A DNA stretch of 64,000 bases from Eledone cirrhosa (GCA_964016885.1 OZ024744.1:113832001-113896000); one strand, 5' to 3'; counted from the first letter of the stretch, positions 42,313 through 54,850 are shown. Notes: generated from the sequence alone by a model not told the origin. A program made the numbers and translations.

Positions 42313-42614
42313 ATCATCATTCATCATTTCATTTTACGTCCACTTTTCCCTGCTTGCAAGGGTGGGATGGGAACTGATGCTGGCTTGATTTCTACAGCTG
42401 GATGCCCTTCCTAACACCAACCTCATTTACAGTGAGTGCTGGGCGCTTTTTTGCCGTGGCACCTCCACGACCACTTTGCAGTGGAATGATATGGACCCCA
42501 GTCCCTATCATCTCATTTCTACAGCTGAGTAAACTGGAGCAATGTGAAATAAAGTGTCTTGCTCAAGGAAACAACACATCACCCGGTCTGAGAATCGAAC
42601 TCACAACCTTTCGA
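42313..42614 (-). mobile_element. tRNA-derived CORE-type SINE with RTE-derived tail, 5'-truncated
   Basis: Reverse complement of the copies at 43421 and 51223; B-box GAGTTCGATTC; CCTTGAGCAAGACACTTTATTTCAC core. Confidence 0.88.
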
Positions 42615-42639
42615 TATATATATATATATATATATAGGA

Positions 42640-43349
42640 GTATGCAGAAAGAAGTCTTTATATGTAGAAAATGCATAGGGGTAATCGTGGGGAAAACCGT
42701 CAGTGATATAAACCTTTTCAAATCACATGAAGAATCCATAGAAGTGGTTGAGAGCTTCTGCTACCTATGTGACCTAATTATCAGTGGAGGAGGGTGCTCT
42801 GAGAGCATAATGACTAGAATAAGGATAAGATGGAAGAAGTTTAGAGAACTGCTCCCAATGATGACAACAAATGGTTTCTCCCAATGAATGACAGGTTGCC
42901 TGTATGATGTTTGTGTGTGGAGTGTGATACTGCATGGAAGTGAAACATGGGCAGTGACTGCTGAGGACATGTGTAGACAGGAGAGAAATGAAGCAACCAC
43001 ACTCCATTGAATGTGCAATATAAGTGTGAGAAAAAGGTAGAGCTTGGATGAGTTGAAGGAAAAGCTAGGCTTCAGAGGAATTCCAGGTGGCATGCAAGAG
43101 AGAAGACTGTTTTGGTTGGGACATGTGATACACATGGACAATGATTGTTGGGTGAAGAAGTGACAGGAAATCCCAGTGGAAGGAAGTGGCAGTAAAGATA
43201 GACCAAGGAAGAGCTGGGTGGAGAGTTGATCTAGGATCACTGAAGCTCTCAGAGGAGATGATGCAGGAACGCAATGAGTTGAGAGATGCTGTGCTAAAAA
43301 GGACTCATCCAACACATGCAAGTGTGGAGAAACGGACAAAAATGATGAT
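42640..43349 (+). mobile_element. Older RTE subfamily 3' fragment
   Basis: SFCYLCDLIISGGGCSES and RWKKFRELLP; short tail ending ATGATGAT. Confidence 0.8.
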
Positions 43350-43387
43350 AATATACATACACATATATACATATACACACATACATA

Positions 43388-43420
<33 letters not shown>

Positions 43421-43763
43421 GGAGGCACATGGCTCAGTGGTTAGAGCATTGGCCTTGCAATCGAAAGGTTGTGAGTTCAATTCTCAGACCGGGTGATGTG
43501 TTGTTTCCTTGAGCAAGACACTTTATTTCACATTGCTCCAGTTTACTCAGCTGTAGAAATGAGATGATAGGGACTGGAGTCCCTACCATTCCACTGCAAA
43601 GTGGTTGTGGAGGTACCACGGCAAAAAAGCACCCAGCACTCACTGTAAATGAGGTTGGTGTTAGGAAGGGAATCCAGCTGTAGAAATCAAGCCAGAATCA
43701 GTTCCCGTCCCACCCTTGCAAGCAGGGAAAAGCGGACATAAAATGAAATGAAATGATGATGAT
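43421..43763 (+). mobile_element. Full-length tRNA-derived CORE-type SINE with RTE-derived tail
   Basis: A-box TGGCTCAGTGG, B-box GAGTTCAATTC, CORE-like block, tail nearly identical to the RTE 3'UTR, (GAT)n end. Confidence 0.9.
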
Positions 43764-43789
43764 ACACACATATATATATATACACAAAC

Positions 43790-46682
43790 TTCAGAAAACG
43801 AGACAGCCACCTAATCACATAGATCAGGTGACCCCGCCAGTCAAATTGATTTCATTGTTACTAAAAGACAAGACAGAGTGGCTGTTAGGAACACAAAGTC
43901 CCTCCCCAGTGGAGAATGCACCTCCCAACATAACTTAGTAGTTAGCAACCTTACAGTCCAGGGCTAGAAAATCCCAGCAATGGCAACCAATCTGGAGTTT
44001 AAAGACCCATCAAACAGTAACAAATTAGAAGTATGTTGACCAATGCCTTCGACAGCAAGGAAGAACAAATAGAGACTTACGATATAGAGGAGCAGTGGGT
44101 GTTCCTGAAAGATAACCTACTGAAGGTGACTGATAAAACCTGTAGGTGGCATAGGTCTCTTGGGAGAAGGAGAGTGACTTGGTTGTGGAATAGTAAAGTA
44201 GATGAGATAATTAACGCCAAAAGTCAGGCGTGGATAGATTGGTGTAATGAGGATAGCAAGGAAGTTTACCAGAAGGCTAGGAGAGAAGATAGGCGACAAG
44301 TTTACCTTGCTAGAAGGGAAGCAGAAAACGAAAAATTTAAGCCTGTTTTGCAGCATGAGGATCAAAGATGTGAGGTGTTCAGGATCGCTAGACAGTGTGT
44401 CAGAGAAAATTGTGATGTCAGTGGGGAGAAGTGTGTCAGAAATGACTTTGGCGAACTTCCCTCACTGATGCTAAAAAGAAGGTAGCATGGAAGTGCCACT
44501 ATGAAAGATTACTGAATGAGGAGAATGCATGGGATGAAGACAGTCTGTCACATGTCTACCCAACAGAGGGACCAGCTGTACATGTTAGAGGTAGTATAGT
44601 AAGGCAATCAAAGATATGAAGTCAGGCAGGGCAGTTGGTCCCTCAGGGATAGTTGCTGAGATGTTGAAAGCATCAGGTGTGGTGGGCCATACCATAGTCT
44701 CCTGCATTGTAAACCAAGTTATACAAAATGGTGTCATACCCAATGACTGGTGTAGCAGCAGCATTATAAACTACTACAAGGGCAAAGGAGATTCCCTAGA
44801 TAGAGAAAACTATAGAGGCATTAAGTTGGTTGACCAGGTTATGAAGGTCACTGAAAGAGTCTTAGCTCAGCTGATTAGAGAACGAGTTAACATAGATGAG
44901 ATGCACTTTGGGTTTGTACCAGGTAAAAGTACCACAGATGCCCTCTTCCTTGTAAGACAACTGCAGAAGTACTTAGCCAAGACTAAGCTCCTCTACCTGG
45001 CTTTTGTTGACCTTAAGAAAGCTTTTGACAAAGTCCCCCGTTCCATTATCTGGTGGGCTCTGAGGAAACTAGGAGTTGACGAATGGCTTGTGAGGGCAAT
45101 TCAAACGATGTATAGAAGAATAGCCAGTAAGGTTAGAATTAACAATGACTATAGCGAAGAATTTAACATGCAGGTTGGTGTCCATCAAGGCTCAGTTCTT
45201 AGTCCTCTTCTGTTTATCATCGTTTTGCAGGCAATGATGGAGGAGTTTAAGACTGGCTGCCCATGGGAACATCTGTATGTAGATTACCTAACCCTTATAG
45301 CTGAACTAGAGATGAAATTCCAAACCTGGAAGCAAGGCCTAGAATCAAAAGGTCTTAAAATCAACCTGACAAAGACTTAAAAGGTCTTAAAATCAACCTG
45401 ACAAAGTCCTAGTAAATAGTAGGGATAACAGAGTACAGTTCGCCTCTGGGAAATGGCCTTGCTCAGTGTGTAGGAAAGGAGTAGGTAGAAATTCCATTCT
45501 ATGTACCAAATACAAGCAGTGGGTACACAAGAGATGTAGTGGGACTTCAAGCAGACTAACAAAGATTGTAGGTTTTATTTGTGGCAGGTGCACAGGGGCA
45601 GTAAGTAGCAAGAACCCTCAGGATACAACCACCTTCAAATGCCCAGAGGGCTCTATAGAAGTGGTAAATAGTTTCTGTTACCTGGATGACCAAATCAGTA
45701 GTGGGGGAGGGTGTTCCGAAAGCATAGTAACCAGAGTACCAATTTCAGGGAGCTACTACTGTTACTAACTACAAAAGGTTTCTCTCTCAAAATGAATGGC
45801 AGACTGTATGATGCATGTATACAAACAACTATGTTGCACAGCAGTGAGACCTGGGCAGTGTGGACTGAGGACCTAAGAAGATTAGAAAGAAATGAAGCCT
45901 CCATACTTCGCTGGCTGTGCAATAGCAATATACGTGGACGGCAAAGTATAAATACACTGCATGAGAAATTAGGCTTAAGAGAGATCAATTGTTGCATGTA
46001 GGAGAGGAGATTGTGTTGGTATGGACATGCGATGTGTATGAAGGATGACAGCTGTATAATAAAGTGCAGAGCGCTTAAAGTCGATGGTAGCCGTGGTGTG
46101 AGCAGGCCTAGGAAGACTTGGGATGAGGTAATAAAAGCTGACCTTGTACAATTACACCTCATTAAGGCAATGACACAGGACCACGACCTCTGGCACTATG
46201 CAGTTTTACAGAAGACCCGCCCTCTATTATTCTCGGGATGAGGCTTATACCTAGTCGGCAACACCCTCCTCAACCTTCTATCCCCTCTCATTCCTCTCCC
46301 TTAGCAGTAACCATATCTCCCCTACTATCCTGTCCACATTTTTTTTCCTCCAAGCTCCTCCACCCTCCCTAGGCCCAAAACAAAAGTGCCCAGGCCCTAC
46401 TGTAAGGTGGTTGTGTTGGTGACACAACAAAGGTGCCCAATCCACACTGTAAAGAACATCCAGTCCACATTGCAAAGTGATTGTGTAGGTGTCACGACAA
46501 AAGCACCCAGCACACACTGTCAATGTGGTTGGCTTTAGGAAGGGCATCCAGTCATAGAAAACAAGCCAGAAACTCTCCCATATGAGTGAGACTCGGTCAC
46601 CCGACCCAACTTGCCTCTAAATGGGACAAATCTGTCTAAACCATGCTAGCCTGGAAGATAGACGTTAATCGATGATGATGAT
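43790..46682 (+). mobile_element. 5'-truncated, decayed RTE LINE with 3'UTR
   Basis: RKRDSHLIT...SQIDFIVT (end of APE); 254-aa RT ORF at 44616-45380; 32-bp tandem duplication at about 45347-45406; (GAT)n tail. Confidence 0.93.
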
Positions 46683-46784
46683 ACATACATATATATATAT
46701 ATATATAGCCACATAATGATTTTTAGCCATTTTGAATTCGTTTCTGGAGTAGATTATGTAAGAAAAATCTTTGTCCAATTGAGT

Positions 46785-46870
46785 TATCTCCTGATGATTT
46801 CCAAACCTCGTTGATTTATCCAAGATTGGATATATCCAAAAATGGAATGAAACCGGTGGGGGTAGAGATA
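46785..46870 (+). ncRNA. Candidate type I hammerhead ribozyme, probably in a Penelope-like pLTR relic (about 46705-47020)
   Basis: Stem I TATCTC/GAGATA; core CTGATGA; stem II TTCCA/TGGAA; GAAA; short stem III ACC/GGT; GTA cleavage triplet ending at 46864. Confidence 0.6.
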
Positions 46871-47024
46871 TTTTGATGATTTTGGTAAGGTTTATGTACA
46901 TTTTTTCTTCTAACTTTGATTTTGTACCTAATTATATATGGTTAACTATATGACTGGTCAATTTCTACAGGCTATCAGAAATACTATGTCAATTTTTTGT
47001 AGCTATGAGTCGCGAATAAGAAGT

Positions 47025-47400
47025 GTACTGTCGCTTGGAGGTGAAAGATGGGCAGTGAATATGGAGTATATGTGAAAACTGGAGAGAAATGAAGAGAACG
47101 GGCTTTGTTGCATGTGCAATTTTAATGTATGTGAATAACAAAGCATGGATGAACTGAGAGAGAAGCTGGATATAAGAGGAATCATATGTAATGTGCAGGA
47201 GAGGAGACTGTTCTGGTATAGACATGTGATGTGTATGGATGATGATTGTTGGGTGAAGAAGTGTCAAGAAATCTCAGTGGAAGTTGCAGAAGAGAGAGAG
47301 ACGAAGGTAGACCTGGGCAGAGGTGATGAGACCTGATCTCAAATCACTGAAGTTCACAGAGGAGATGACAAAGGACTGAGATGATTGGAGAGATGATTTG
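47025..47400 (+). mobile_element. Old RTE 3' fragment
   Basis: MDELREKLDIRGIICNVQERRLFWYRHVMCMDDDCWVKKC. Confidence 0.75.
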
Positions 47401-48500
47401 TCTGCTGAAGTCACAGAGCAGTACTTTGAATGCAAGAGCTGGTCATCACACTTTGTTGTTAATCCTAGCTGATACATTTAATCCAATAACATTATTGGCT
47501 TATATATAATGTTCTTTAGTGCTATCATAAATATTAAGAGCATTAAATAAACTTAAGAAGCACTGTATTTCTCAACTTCCTTTTAGCCATACTTATTTAT
47601 AATTATATCCTCCATAAATTACTACTTGTGCCCTTTTATAATAAAACGAAGACAAGATTAAAAGTAAAACCAATTTGTTGTTTCTTGCTGAACCAGAAAT
47701 GGTTTTACTACATTATTGTGGTCAGCTGATAATGCTCTCTTGCCATAGAATAATTCATTTAAATATCCACACAATATCAAAATCTAGTTACATGCTAGCC
47801 ATGTTTAGTCTTCACTGCTGAAGATACACCATTCTCATGACTAAGTGTAACTTGGTTACAGGTGGAGCTAGTAATGTGAGACTGAAGGGATGGTAAATGG
47901 CTGGATGGTATCACAATCTTTCCGTTCTGAAGTGGCAATCACTTTGTTTGGAATACAACAGTTAGCAATAATTTTTCAAACAGCAACTTGGTGAATTCAG
48001 CACCAAACTCATGTTTTCTTACCCAACTAACTCTTTCAGCATATATTTCTCACTATCTTCTGGGGCATTCACAATTCTGTCCTCTGGGATAACACATTCA
48101 CAACTCTATCTTGTGGGGTTACACATTCACCCTAGGACTGTGAGATAACATCTACCTGATATTTTACAAATGACATGAGATGGTGATGTTATCCACTTCT
48201 AATTCTGACTCTCATTTGATATATATTTTTGATCAAGAACAACAAAACATGAATCATAACAGCAGTTTGAAGATAGAAGAAAGCCATCGTAAATTACAAG
48301 ATACATGTTTAATAATGATTAAAGAATATTATTGTAATTGATTTAAATCAGTGTAAAGTTAGAAGATGTGGCAATGATTGGAGTGACAAGAGGATGGAGG
48401 TTAAGGTTAATCAAAGATTCAAACATATTCATTTAGAATTTTTTTAACTATAATTCCATACTTTTTTATGAGTAATATGCTAGTATATATATATATATAT

Positions 48501-48846
48501 AAAGGAAAGGTAAAGACTCCCTTTGGTCACAAATGATTATGGGATTTGTACCTAGAAAATACCACCCAGAGCCATATATGACTGGGCAAGATGTGTTTGT
48601 GGAAGACCAGCAGTCACCCATACATACCAGCCTCCCCATCACAATGCATCTAATGTTGTTCAAGGGAAAGCCAAAGGCCGATACAGATTGGCACAAGCAA
48701 CGTTACCACTCATTTCTACAGCTGAGTAAACTGGAGCAATATGAAATAAAGTGTCTTGCTCAAGGACACATTGCATTGTTTGGTTTGGGAATCAAACTAA
48801 CAACTTCACAATTGTGAATCAAACTCTCTAACCACTAAGTCATACA
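48501..48846 (-). mobile_element. tRNA/CORE SINE, second family (different 3' tail ending CTTTACCTTTCCTTT)
   Basis: Shares head and core with the 43421 SINE but has an unrelated tail; sister copy at 52660-52976. Confidence 0.8.
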
Positions 48847-49185
48847 CACACGTGCACACACACACACACACACACACACACAGATACTAAGAAAATAGGT
48901 CACCAAATTCAACAGTTAATACATTATTTATTCAATCAGAAATATACCAGTAGATTTACCTGTGAAATATCTCTTGCTATTCTGTATATAGAACAAACCA
49001 CATTTGAGCTTTAAATATCTGAACACCTTACTGTTGTTTTATCAACTTATAGAATTGACTATCTCTATATATATATATTAGAAAGAGTTCATCTGACAAT
49101 TTCATCAAGAAAGAATTTTATAAAAAATGCTTAAAGTAAAATAGAAACAAGTTAAATTATTTAAAATCCAAAAATGCTAAAATAC

Positions 49186-49391
49186 CTGATTCCAAAATTT
49201 GAATAGCTTTGGCTTTGGCTAATTCAAGAGCTGTCACCCATTTTTGACGTTCCACTTCAGAACTAGCTCTGAGATGGAAGCTTTGAGTTCCTCCATTTGT
49301 AATAACAAAGGTGCATGAGTCCTCAGTGTGAATAAAGGCATTAGCTAAGTTAATGGTACCCCGACAAGTATGCGCCATTTCCGCCTGGGTC
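49186..49391 (-). CDS. OSBP: Oxysterol-binding protein, PH-domain coding exon
   Basis: Translates (R)TQAEMAHTCRGTINLANAFIHTEDSCTFVITNGGTQSFHLRASSEVERQKWVTALELAKAKAIQILES, closely matching OSBP PH motifs AEMxHTCRGTINLA and ASSEVERQxWVTALELAKAKA; acceptor ttgcag, donor gtattt; 206 nt. Confidence 0.97.
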
Positions 49392-50264
49392 CTGCAATTA
49401 TACAAAATAAAACCATATAAAAATTATGCAACACAAAAATAAAAATCTTAATTAAAACTTAAAAATAAGATTACTTTTTTAAAATGTCTAAATTCTTTCT
49501 TATTTTGGTAGTATTGAAATGGTTCCTGGCTTGCAGTTGGAAAAGGTTTGATTGGAATTGCTGGATACATTGTTTAAAAGATCTTGTTTCTGTAGAGCAA
49601 AGGTTATTTACTTCTGAACAACCTACAGAGCGAGAGATAGAGAAGTGGGGGGGGGGGTGAGAGGAGGAGTGGGAGGTTGTGAGAGGAAGAGAAAGGAGTG
49701 ATGTGGGAAGGGGTGAGGGAGAGAGAAACGAGTAATGGAAGAGAGAGAAAGGAGTAGTGGAAGAGATAAAAGGAGAGAGAGAGAGGTAAAAGAGGGAGAA
49801 CAAGTAAAATTGGCAATAAAATAGAAAATGGAAACCTGGCCAGGAATTGAGTTCTCAAGAGATTTACTCCTGGAGAAAAGAGAAAAGAGAACATCAACTG
49901 CTCCATTTTATAATATTTTAAAAGTAGCTGCCAACTTATCTACTAACATATATTTACTTGCCATAGTTACTTAATTGCTTTAAACACCTTTTTGTAACAT
50001 TAACAGAACCATCCAAATAACATAAGCCAGCTATCACACTGAAGAAGTGCAGAGGTGCATGAGTGAAGAGGTTCAGAAGTGCAGATTGCACATGTAAAGA
50101 ACTTAGCTGCTTACACATCTAATTTGTCAAAATTACTAAATTATTATAAGATGTTTTTTAACGAGAGAGAGAGACTGATAAACAGGGAGAGAGGATGCTA
50201 AGCTGTTGTGATGGAAAAAAGAATGAAAAATTAATAGCATTTCATTATTAATAATCAATAATGC

Positions 50265-51110
50265 ACTAGGTCCATCAAGGATGCCTTCTCTCCTCTCTTC
50301 TGTATATATTCACTCTCAAGTCATCACTGTGGAAGCTGGAGCTGTTGCAGTGTATCCTACTTGAACCAGGACATGGAAGGGTTGTGTTGGCATATGCAGA
50401 TGACGTCACCATGATAGTGTCAAACACTTTGGAAATCGAAGTGGTTGGCAACTTCTGAGAGCAATATGAAAGGTTGACAGGAGCAAAAATCAACCTGGAT
50501 AAGTTGGTGGGTTTGCAGCTCAGTACCTGGCTAGGCAAATCCATGCCGTTCAACAGCATCATGAGATGCTGGACAGACGGACCTGTGAAGTTATTTGGGG
50601 TTAGGTTAGGACCAGACTCTAGGGTGGACAAGAACTGGATTGAGGTAATGAGCAGGATGGTCACTTTCACACAGAAATGGATCAAGAGGAAGCTGTCTCT
50701 GAAAGGTCAGGCTGATGAATATTGCATCCAACATCTATTACCACCTGACTGTTGTGCCTTGCTCCAGTCAACACCTCACTAGATTGGGGATGTCTGCTTT
50801 TTCATTTTTTGTGAAAAGGACAGGTTCCACTGGCCAGGCGGTCCATCTACTGCCAGCGCCCTCTATTTGGAGGGGTGAGCTTGCCATGGCTGATGATGCG
50901 CAAACATACACTGAGGCTACGGCAGATATTCCTAAATGATGAACAGGTGTGGCTGCTGTTTGTGAGGCACATCTTTCTGCAGCTTGTCTCTTTGACAGAA
51001 CTGCAGTCAAGCAAAGATCAAGACTAGGCACCTATTATCTGGAATGTTGCCAGGTGCTCACAGCCCTCTACCAGTTAGGCAACTCAGTCTATGGAAATTC
51101 CACAAAATGA
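50265..51110 (+). mobile_element. Decayed Tx1/L1-clade RT fragment
   Basis: HQGCLLSSLLYIF, VLAYADDVT, TGAKINLDK and RKLSLKG motifs. Confidence 0.75.
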
Positions 51111-51222
51111 AAAAAAGTTTTCTTTAGCAAGAGATAATTAAAGTGATTTGAGCTAATTTTAGGGAGCTCCTTTTGAATATGAAGACAGTTTTATTCTATT
51201 ATAGCTAGATTTTGATATACAA

Positions 51223-51559
51223 AGGCACATAGCTTAGTGGTTAGAGCATTGGCCTTGCAATCGAAGAGTTGTGAGTTCAATTCTTAGACCGGGTGATGTG
51301 TTGTTTCCTTGAGCAAGACACTTTATGTCACATTGCTCCAGTTTACTCAGCTGTAGAAATGAGATGATAGGGACTGGGGTCCATATCATTCCACTGCAAA
51401 GTGGTCATGGAGGTGCCACGGCAAAAAAGCACCCAGCACACACTGTAAATGAGGTTGGTGTTAGGAAGGGCATCCAGCTGTAGAAATCAAGCCAGAATCA
51501 GTTCCCGTCCCACCCTTGCAAGCAGGGAAAAGTGGACGTAAAATGATGATGATGATGAT
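51223..51559 (+). mobile_element. Full-length tRNA/CORE SINE with RTE-derived tail
   Basis: Near-identical to 43421-43763. Confidence 0.9.
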
Positions 51560-51979
51560 AAAATACCCCCTATATACCAGCTTTACAGAAATGTATTGTA
51601 GCATTCAGTATGTCAAGAGTTTCTTATTTGTCTTTTAAGAATGTCTTTGATTGTTCTTTTTATGACAAGGTTTAATGAGTGAGCTTTAAAAGTAGATATA
51701 ATGTATATTAGGTCATGCCTATTGTTAGAAACTTTGATTTAGTTGCAAGTTTCAGGTGTTATTGTGACTTGTATCAAATTGGTAATTGTTCTGTTCACTG
51801 TGGACTGCTGTTGTTTTATTTCTCTGTTTCAATTTGTTTGAATTTGCATGGCTTCAAGACATATATGTCGCTATGACCCATATCACTTTTGCTACATCTT
51901 TGGGGAATATGCATTCAAGGACTGAAGGAGAAACATCACAACACTCATATGAGCAATATACAAGGTTTATTTCAAAATT

Positions 51980-52652
51980 AAACTTTTGCCCTACATATTG
52001 TATGCAAAGGGTGCAGTGATCAACTTTCCTTATGTCCAGTGACAAGCTGAAGCCAATGCCATTTACCACTCCAAGGGTATGGCAAGAACAAAGCAACCAT
52101 GCTACTGATTACTACTTGTAGATTACTAATGTTCAGAGGTTCAGTAAGTATACCAAGTATCTTAACTTGCCAGCTGCAATAAGACCGCAGCCATATGATG
52201 ATGAACTTCCTCCTGTGCCAAGCAATCAACCGTTGAGTGAGTCATATGATAATTCCAATGACAAAAATGGATGTGAAGATGAAATGGGTGACAAAGATTT
52301 TGAAATTCCTCATTCATGCTCTAAAGTAAGTCAAGAACAACTGGATCATTTTGTTTGAAAGTTGGGACTTTCTAAGAATGATGCTTACCTAGCTAGAACA
52401 ATACTCGGAGAATTAAGTGTTTTAGCCGAAGGAACCAAAACAACAGCAGACAGGCATAGAGAGGAGAAATTTGTTGAATTTTTCGAAATATGATGAACTA
52501 GGTTTGGTTTATTGCAACATTATTGGTTTGATAATGGCACTAGGAATTTCTTCTGATGTCAAGACAGATTGGTGGTTATTCAGAGTTTCTAGCTTAAAGA
52601 CAGTTCTTTTGTATGTTGGGAATGAGTACCCAGGGATTCCAGTGGGTTATTT
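51980..52652 (+). mobile_element. Decayed DNA transposase fragment, Chapaev3-like (CMC group)
   Basis: MPFTTPRVWQEQSNHATDYY, YLNLPAAIRPQPYDDELP, SQEQLDHFV*KLGLSK, LVYCNIIGL and WWLFRVSSLKTVLLYVGNEYPGIPVG, in the order I recall for that family. Confidence 0.65.
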
Positions 52653-52659
52653 AAGGAAG

Positions 52660-52976
52660 GCAAGAGCCATAGGACACTACCAAGAAAGTTCCCCTCCGAA
52701 GCACATGACTGGGTAAGATGTGTTTGTGGAAAACCAGCAGTCCCCCATACAAATCAGTCACTTTTCTTCACGCCACCAATGTTGTCCAAGGGAAAGGTAA
52801 CAGCCAATACAGTTTGAAACCAGTGACATCCCAACTCATTTCTACAGCTGAGTGAACTGAAACAATGTGAAATAAAGTGTCTTGCTCAAGGATACAATGC
52901 ATCACCTGGTCCGAGAATGAAACTCACAACCTAAAAATTGGGAGCCTGATGCTCTAACTGCTAAGCCATGTGCCTT
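52660..52976 (-). mobile_element. tRNA/CORE SINE, second family
   Basis: Collinear with 48501-48846. Confidence 0.8.
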
Positions 52977-53054
52977 GACACATTTACAGTCCTTTATACA
53001 CACCACACAGTCCTATATATATATACACACTAACTATATACACCAATTACACAT

Positions 53055-53104
<50 letters not shown>

Positions 53105-54158
53105 TTGAACTCCATTCTCTGCCCCAAATGCAAACAATGGGTACACAAGAGATGTAGCGGGATCTCAGGAAGCTTAATTAAGAATGTAGGCTTCACATGC
53201 AGCAGCTGTGCTGGGACAGGAAGCAGCAAACAGCCACAAGAAACAAGTACCACCAATCTCTGGGAGGGCTCTGTAGAGACAGTAGATAGCTTCTGCTACC
53301 TAGGTGACCGAATTAGCAGCGGAGGTGGGTGTTCAGAAAGTACAATAACTAGGGTAAGAACGGGATGGAAGAAGTTTAGGGAACTACTGCCACTGCTAGC
53401 TGCAAAAGGCTTCTCCCTCAAAATGAAAGGCAGACTGTATGATGCGTGTATACGAACAGCAATGTTACATGGTAGTGAGACCTAGGCGCTGAAGGTGGAA
53501 GACTTATGTAGATTAGAGAGAAACAAAGCCTATATGCTCCGATGAATGTGTAATAGTAATATACGCGACCGACAAAGCATAAATGAATTGAGAGGGAGAC
53601 TGAGCATAAGAGGAATCAAATGCTGTGTGCAGGAGAGGCGGTTGCGTTGGTATGGACATATGATGCGTAAGAAGGATGACAGCTGCATAAAAAGGTGCAG
53701 AGCACTAGAAGTCGAAGGAAACCACGGAGTGGGGAGACCCAAGATGACCTGGGATGAGGTGATAAAAGCCGACCTTACCCAATTACACCTCTCAAAGGCG
53801 ATGACACACGACCGTGACCTCTGGCGTCACACAGTAATACAGAGTACCCGACCTCCCATGGGTACAAGCTGAAGCATATAGACAATATGCCCCCACACCC
53901 CACTGCAAGGTGGTCGTGGAGGTGCCACGGCAAAAAAGTACCCAGCCCACACTGTAAAGTGGACGTGTAGGCGCCACAAAAAGCACCCAGCACTCACTGT
54001 AAATGAGGTTGGTGTTAGGAAGGGCATCCAGCTGTAGAAATCAAGCCAAATCAGTTCCTGTATGAGCAAGGCATGGTCAGCCGACCAGACACTGCCCACA
54101 ACAGGACAACCCGTCTAACCCATGCTAGCGTGGAAGAACGGACGTAAAACGGTGATGA
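53105..54158 (+). mobile_element. RTE LINE 3' fragment with tail, flanked by (TA)n tracts
   Basis: NSILCPKCKQWVHKRCSG, SFCYLGD, RRLRWYGH; conserved 3'UTR. Confidence 0.92.
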
Positions 54159-54189
54159 TATATATATATTTTAAAATAACAGATTAAAG

Positions 54190-54233
<44 letters not shown>

Positions 54234-54490
54234 TAACACTACACATGTTCATCAAAAGTTGGATTGTTGTCCATGCTAAAACAAAAAAAACATGTAACAT
54301 TATCTTTAAGCAGGATATAATTACAACAGGATATCACATATCACTCCTCCCACTCCCCTCACTCCTCCCACTCCCCTCACTCCTTCCACTCTAGTGTGAT
54401 GTGTGTATACAGTGTATGATGTCTGTGTATACAATGAATGATGTGTGTATGTGTATGTGCATAAATGCATTGAGTTTGTGTATAATGTAT

Positions 54491-54850
54491 GAAGGTGCAC
54501 GGCTTTGTGGTTAGGGTATTCAGCTCCCAATCGTAAGATCATGAGTTCGATTCCCAGTGGCACATTGTGTCCTTGAACAAGACACTTTATTTCACGTTGC
54601 TCCAAAAAAGTTGGAGGCACGTGGCTTAGTGGTTAGAGAGTTGAATTCACAATCGTGAGGTTGCGAGTTCAGTTCTCAGACCAGCCAGATGATGTGTTAT
54701 GTCCTTGAGCAAGGCACTTTATTTCACGTTGCTCCTTCTACCTGGAGTGACTGGTAGATAGAGACATTGTTTCCTTTGTCCAATTTGTCGAGGTTCACCC
54801 CACTCAGCAAGTGAGGTCTGGGATCTTGTTGATTGATCAGAGAGAGCGAT
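54491..54850 (+). mobile_element. Two tandem tRNA/CORE SINE heads (54491-54603 and from 54613)
   Basis: Two A-box/B-box sets, each followed by TCCTTGA(A/G)CAAG(A/G)CACTTTATTTCACGTTGCTCC. Confidence 0.8.

Noticed and set aside
43421-43495. tRNA-gene-like A/B boxes (also at 51223, 54491 and 54613)
   Set aside because: They continue into CORE and LINE-derived tails with no clear acceptor stem, so they are SINE heads rather than tRNA genes.
44616-45380. 254-aa RT ORF as an active or domesticated reverse transcriptase
   Set aside because: The catalytic YADD is mutated to YVDY and the ORF is flanked by stops and frameshifts.
49471-49906. ORFs just upstream of the PH exon as a possible OSBP exon 1
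   Set aside because: They derive largely from a purine-rich low-complexity tract and lack the expected KWTNY/RRWF PH motifs.
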